This document shows positions 60,466 to 64,000 of a stretch of DNA of 64,000 nt, piece by piece. Under the pieces are notes generated by a model that did no database searches, was not told where the DNA came from, and worked only from the letters and a program-made list of their open reading frames with translations. The position numbers were made by a program, and so were the translations under genes. This stretch comes from Dehalococcoidia bacterium (GTDB lineage: Bacteria > Chloroflexota > Dehalococcoidia > Lucifugimonadales > JAGWBF01). The stretch's first letter is position 1, and every line of letters begins with the position of its first letter. Where the stretch lies: contig DAOUKR010000007.1 in NCBI GenBank assembly GCA_034421095.1, forward strand, positions 64,712 to 128,711, written 5' to 3'.

Positions 60466-61896
60466 ATGGAAAAGGCCGATATACCTTATCTTTCCGCTAC
60501 GGAGCTTTCGGGACTCATAAAGAGCAAAGAGGTGTCTCCCGTAGAGGCAGTGGAGGCCTACCTGGAGCGCATTGACCGCCTTGACCCTACCCTTCACGCT
60601 TATATAACCGTAACTCGTGATGAGGCCCTTCGGGCCGCCAGGGAATCGGAGGAGGCCCTGGCCCGGGGCGAGTACCGTGGCCCCCTGCACGGCATCCCGG
60701 TAGCCGTGAAGGACCAGGCTTACACCAAGGGGATTCGCACAACCGTCGGATCCCTCTTCTACAAGGACTTTGTCCCGGATATTGACGCCACCGTGATAGA
60801 GAAGCTCAGAAGTGCCGGGGCCATTCTCCTGGGCAAGCTGAACCTTGCCGAGTTTGGCACAACCGGCACTGTCCAGCCCTACGGCACGGCCCGCAACCCC
60901 TGGAACCTGGAGTATCACACCACCGGTTCCAGCACGGGCGCGGCTGCAGGAACGGCGGGTTTCCTGTGCGCCACCTCCCTCGGAGAGGACACCGGCGGCT
61001 CCATACGCGGCCCGGCAGCCGCGTGCAGCCTCGTGGGACTCAGGCCGTCCTGGGGCAGGGTGAGCAGGTACGGTGTAAGGCCGGGTGTGTGGTCCATGGA
61101 CCACATGGGCCCAATGTCCCGCACGGTAGAGGACTGCGCCATAACCATGCAAGCTATAGCCGGACACGACCCGAAAGACCCCTATACCTGGAATACTCCC
61201 GTCCCCGACTACCGGGCGGCCCTGAGCGGCGATATAAAAGGGTTGAAGGTGGGTGTGGTCAAGGAAGTGACCGACGGCGAGATGATACACCCGGAGGTGC
61301 GCGACCTGGTTATGAATGCCGTTGGGGTGCTTGGCGAGTTGGGCGCATCGGTGGAGGAAATCTCCATCCCCCTTTCCGCGGAGGCTTGGACTATTCTCGG
61401 CCCCATCAGGATAGAGGCCCCTCTACAGTACAAGAATTTCCTCCAGAACCGTCTGCAAGAGATTGGACATGACAATCAGATTGCCTACCTTGTTAACAGC
61501 GTTCTGCCTGCCCAATACTATTACAAGGCCCAGAAGCTGAGGACCATCCTGCGCAATCAGGTTATTGAAGCCCTGGAAAACGTGGACGTGTGGGTGATGC
61601 CGACCTCCGGGGCCACTGCCGGGAAGATTGCGCCACCGGGCACTCCCATTAACAGGATTGACAGCCCGGAGAAGGCTCCCTTTGTCGGTAAGGGAAGCGC
61701 CACTCTCGTGACTGCCATGGCCAGCGTGTCCAGCACCCCCGCCATCAGCGTTCCCTGCGGCTTCGGCTCCAATAACCTGCCGGTCGGATTGCAGATAGGG
61801 GGGAGAAACTTCGACGAGAGCACCGTACTGAACGTGGCCTATGCCTACGAGCAGGCCACTCCCTGGCATACCATGAGGCCGCCGCCACCGATATAA
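60466..61896 (+). CDS. Amidase signature family protein (GatA-like)
   Basis: PLHGIPVAVKD, GKLNLAEF, TTGSSTG, GEDTGGSIRGPA, LPVGLQI. Confidence 0.92.
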   Translation: MEKADIPYLSATELSGLIKSKEVSPVEAVEAYLERIDRLDPTLHAYITVTRDEALRAARESEEALARGEYRGPLHGIPVAVKDQAYTKGIRTTVGSLFYKDFVPDIDATVIEKLRSAGAILLGKLNLAEFGTTGTVQPYGTARNPWNLEYHTTGSSTGAAAGTAGFLCATSLGEDTGGSIRGPAAACSLVGLRPSWGRVSRYGVRPGVWSMDHMGPMSRTVEDCAITMQAIAGHDPKDPYTWNTPVPDYRAALSGDIKGLKVGVVKEVTDGEMIHPEVRDLVMNAVGVLGELGASVEEISIPLSAEAWTILGPIRIEAPLQYKNFLQNRLQEIGHDNQIAYLVNSVLPAQYYYKAQKLRTILRNQVIEALENVDVWVMPTSGATAGKIAPPGTPINRIDSPEKAPFVGKGSATLVTAMASVSSTPAISVPCGFGSNNLPVGLQIGGRNFDESTVLNVAYAYEQATPWHTMRPPPPI

Positions 61897-62036
61897 AGGC
61901 CGTTAGCACCACCAAGCCGGACAAAATCAAGGCCCTTCACGTTGAGCCTCAGGTTGACACTATAGATGAGAGGCTTTTGGACTAAACTATTTTACCGACA
62001 CCGCCTAGAACATATCAATGGAGACCAGAGTTTGGC

Positions 62037-62537
62037 ATGAATAAAGGATACGAGCACGACGGGGAATACAACCGGATGAGGGGAGAATACCTTGGCTTGA
62101 TGGCGAGTCTGGAATTCAATTTGACCTTTTTGTTGGTCGAATGGCTGGATGTGGAGAATCATCGGGAAGATTTCCGTAAGTGGTTCATTGAGGCACCCAT
62201 ACCATTCCGTGCGAAAGTGGTTTTGTACGAATCTGTAACCAAGAACAACACCATGCTTGATCAGTTTGGCGATATTCCGGCGCAGATGCGAGAGTTCTAT
62301 AGTTTCCGTAATACTCTGGCTCATTCCTTCCGGCAATCGGGGAATATTACGACATCGAAGGGCATGGAAGTATCGGGTGAGCAGGCTTCATTGGAGGTTT
62401 TGCAAGATAAGCTGGAACGGTTGGCAGTCTTGGATAATTTGATCTTGAACCTTCTGGGTTGTGCGATTGAGGGACCTCCCGTGCCGGTATTCACTGACGA
62501 CTTTGCCGATTGGCCATATGGGGTGTTCCTTCCTTGA
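62037..62537 (+). CDS. Hypothetical protein, AT-richer than its neighbours
   Basis: 166-aa ORF; FRNTLAHS resembles an R-x4-H motif; no confident family. Confidence 0.55.
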   Translation: MNKGYEHDGEYNRMRGEYLGLMASLEFNLTFLLVEWLDVENHREDFRKWFIEAPIPFRAKVVLYESVTKNNTMLDQFGDIPAQMREFYSFRNTLAHSFRQSGNITTSKGMEVSGEQASLEVLQDKLERLAVLDNLILNLLGCAIEGPPVPVFTDDFADWPYGVFLP

Positions 62538-62684
62538 TTTGACATAGGACTTATGCAGTTGGAGCCAATTTTTTAACTGGATAAGCTTACCAGCAAGCGC
62601 AATTTCGTATCCAAGTGTGTAACTCCTATGACAGCCATGTGCGCTTCTTTGGGGACAACACCGGAGTTATACCAAGGTCTCCCA

Positions 62685-64000
62685 CTATGGAACCAGCCGA
62701 TAGATGCCGTCGTTGCGGGAGAGGACGTACAGGTTGAGGTACAGGTCCTGGCCGAATGAGGTGATTGACAGTTCCGAGTCGGCCAGGAGCATGTGCTCCG
62801 TGACTGAGCTACCGTCGTACCGGAGGCCCCAGATTCTCCCGGAGCAATAGTCACCGTACACGTAGGCACCCAGCAATGACGGTATGCCCCGGCCGCCGTA
62901 GATGTACCCGCCGGTGACCGAGCAGTTGCCGTCTGAGCGGCTGTACTCCGCAACGGGTAACTCCAGGCCGGCCTTGTCGCAGTCGGAGGGCGGAGAGAAG
63001 CACTGTGTCCCTTCCATAACATTCCAGCCGTAGTTCAACCCCTTCTTCACCACGTCCACCTCTTCCAACCTGTTCTGCCCCACGTCCGCTACCCATAAGG
63101 CTCCGGTACGCTCGTCGAAGGAGAAGCGCCAGGGATTGCGCAGCCCGTAGGCCCATATCTCCTCCCGTGCGTCTGGCACGCCAACCAGTGGATTGTCCAG
63201 TGGTATTTGGTAGCCCCGGCTGTCGGACGCGTCCTTTACGTCTATGCGCAGTATGGAGCCGAGAAGGGTGCCGGCGTTCTGCCCGTTGCGGTGAGGGTCG
63301 CCACGACTGCCCCCGTCTCCCAAGCCGACGTACAGGTAGCCGTCAGGCCCGAAGGCAATCTGCCCGCCATTGTGGTTGGAGAAGGGTTGGGCCACCTGCA
63401 TGATGACCGTCTCACTGTTGGGGTCAGCTGTCTTTGGATCATTCGGGCTGACGGAGAATCGGGACAGCACGGACCGTCTGGGACTTGCTGCGGAATAGTA
63501 GACGTAGAAGTACCCGTTGTACTTGTAGTCCGGGTCGAAGGCCAAGCCGAGCAGTCCCTCCTCGTTGCCGCCCTCGTTAACGCGATCGCCGATGTCCAGG
63601 AAGGTATCAGCTTCAGTTACCCGATGGTCGTCGGGGAAAACGCGAACGTATCCTTCCTGCTCCGTGACAAATATGTGGTCATGCCCGTCATCGGGCTGGA
63701 CCAGGTTGGTCAACCGCTGGAAGGTCAGATTGGGAAAGGCGCGCTCGACGTTCATGGTCTGTAATGGTCTGGGCGCTAGTCTTCCCTGGTTGCTGGCAAC
63801 CAACGCTAGGTCAAAGATGTCCACCAGTCCGTCGCCGTTGGCGTCCGCGCGGGGCTGATTGACGGGACGAAGGCCAAAGCCGGCGACCACGATACCCAGG
63901 TCATGGGCGTCAACGAATCCGTCCTCGTTGATGTCTCCCACGTCCTCGTAGAGAGCGTTGTCGTTGGCGGAAGCGGGACTTACGGACACCCTCAATACGC
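62685..64000 (-). CDS. PQQ-dependent sugar dehydrogenase (GSDH beta-propeller) with N-terminal dockerin-like domain; 5' end probably outside the window
   Basis: EGLLGLAFDP, NHNGGQIAFGPDG, YGLRNPWRFSFD, DVGQ, SVTGG; paired DINEDG and DANGDG Ca-binding loops. Confidence 0.88.
   Translation of the reverse strand, partial: VLRVSVSPASANDNALYEDVGDINEDGFVDAHDLGIVVAGFGLRPVNQPRADANGDGLVDIFDLALVASNQGRLAPRPLQTMNVERAFPNLTFQRLTNLVQPDDGHDHIFVTEQEGYVRVFPDDHRVTEADTFLDIGDRVNEGGNEEGLLGLAFDPDYKYNGYFYVYYSAASPRRSVLSRFSVSPNDPKTADPNSETVIMQVAQPFSNHNGGQIAFGPDGYLYVGLGDGGSRGDPHRNGQNAGTLLGSILRIDVKDASDSRGYQIPLDNPLVGVPDAREEIWAYGLRNPWRFSFDERTGALWVADVGQNRLEEVDVVKKGLNYGWNVMEGTQCFSPPSDCDKAGLELPVAEYSRSDGNCSVTGGYIYGGRGIPSLLGAYVYGDYCSGRIWGLRYDGSSVTEHMLLADSELSITSFGQDLYLNLYVLSRNDGIYRLVP

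Overview
Gene-dense bacterial chromosomal segment. Gene content suggests Chloroflexota, class Dehalococcoidia (SAR202-like): an N-terminally extended GreA, family-5 ABC binding protein with a PT-rich linker, LLM monooxygenase, SDR, CocE/NonD, GMC, amidase, TcuA, two ketopantoate-reductase paralogs and a PAC2 protein. This assignment is inference, not a database result. Housekeeping genes (pnp, rpsO, gyrA, greA, ychF, folP/folK/folB, acyl-CoA carboxylase beta subunit, sdhA-sdhB-HdrB-like 'SdhE') are interleaved with catabolic oxidoreductases and hydrolases. I saw no rRNA, tRNA, CRISPR array, intact transposase or prophage. Intergenic spaces carry a family of REP-like palindromes that nest inside each other, one 124-bp MITE with TAA target duplication, and a probable serine-recombinase relic. 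The most interesting candidates are: (1) a roughly 230-nt, extensively base-paired 5' leader starting at a predicted transcription start upstream of the ABC binding-protein gene, with a competing helix and no match to riboswitch classes I can recall; (2) a two-gene unit pairing a PEP-carboxykinase-fold protein that appears to lack two Mn2+ ligands with a GreA fused to an integrase-type core-binding domain; (3) a single-chain TMD-NBD-TMD-NBD ABC exporter with a His-rich linker and a His-rich C-terminal tail. All family calls come from motif recognition by eye.
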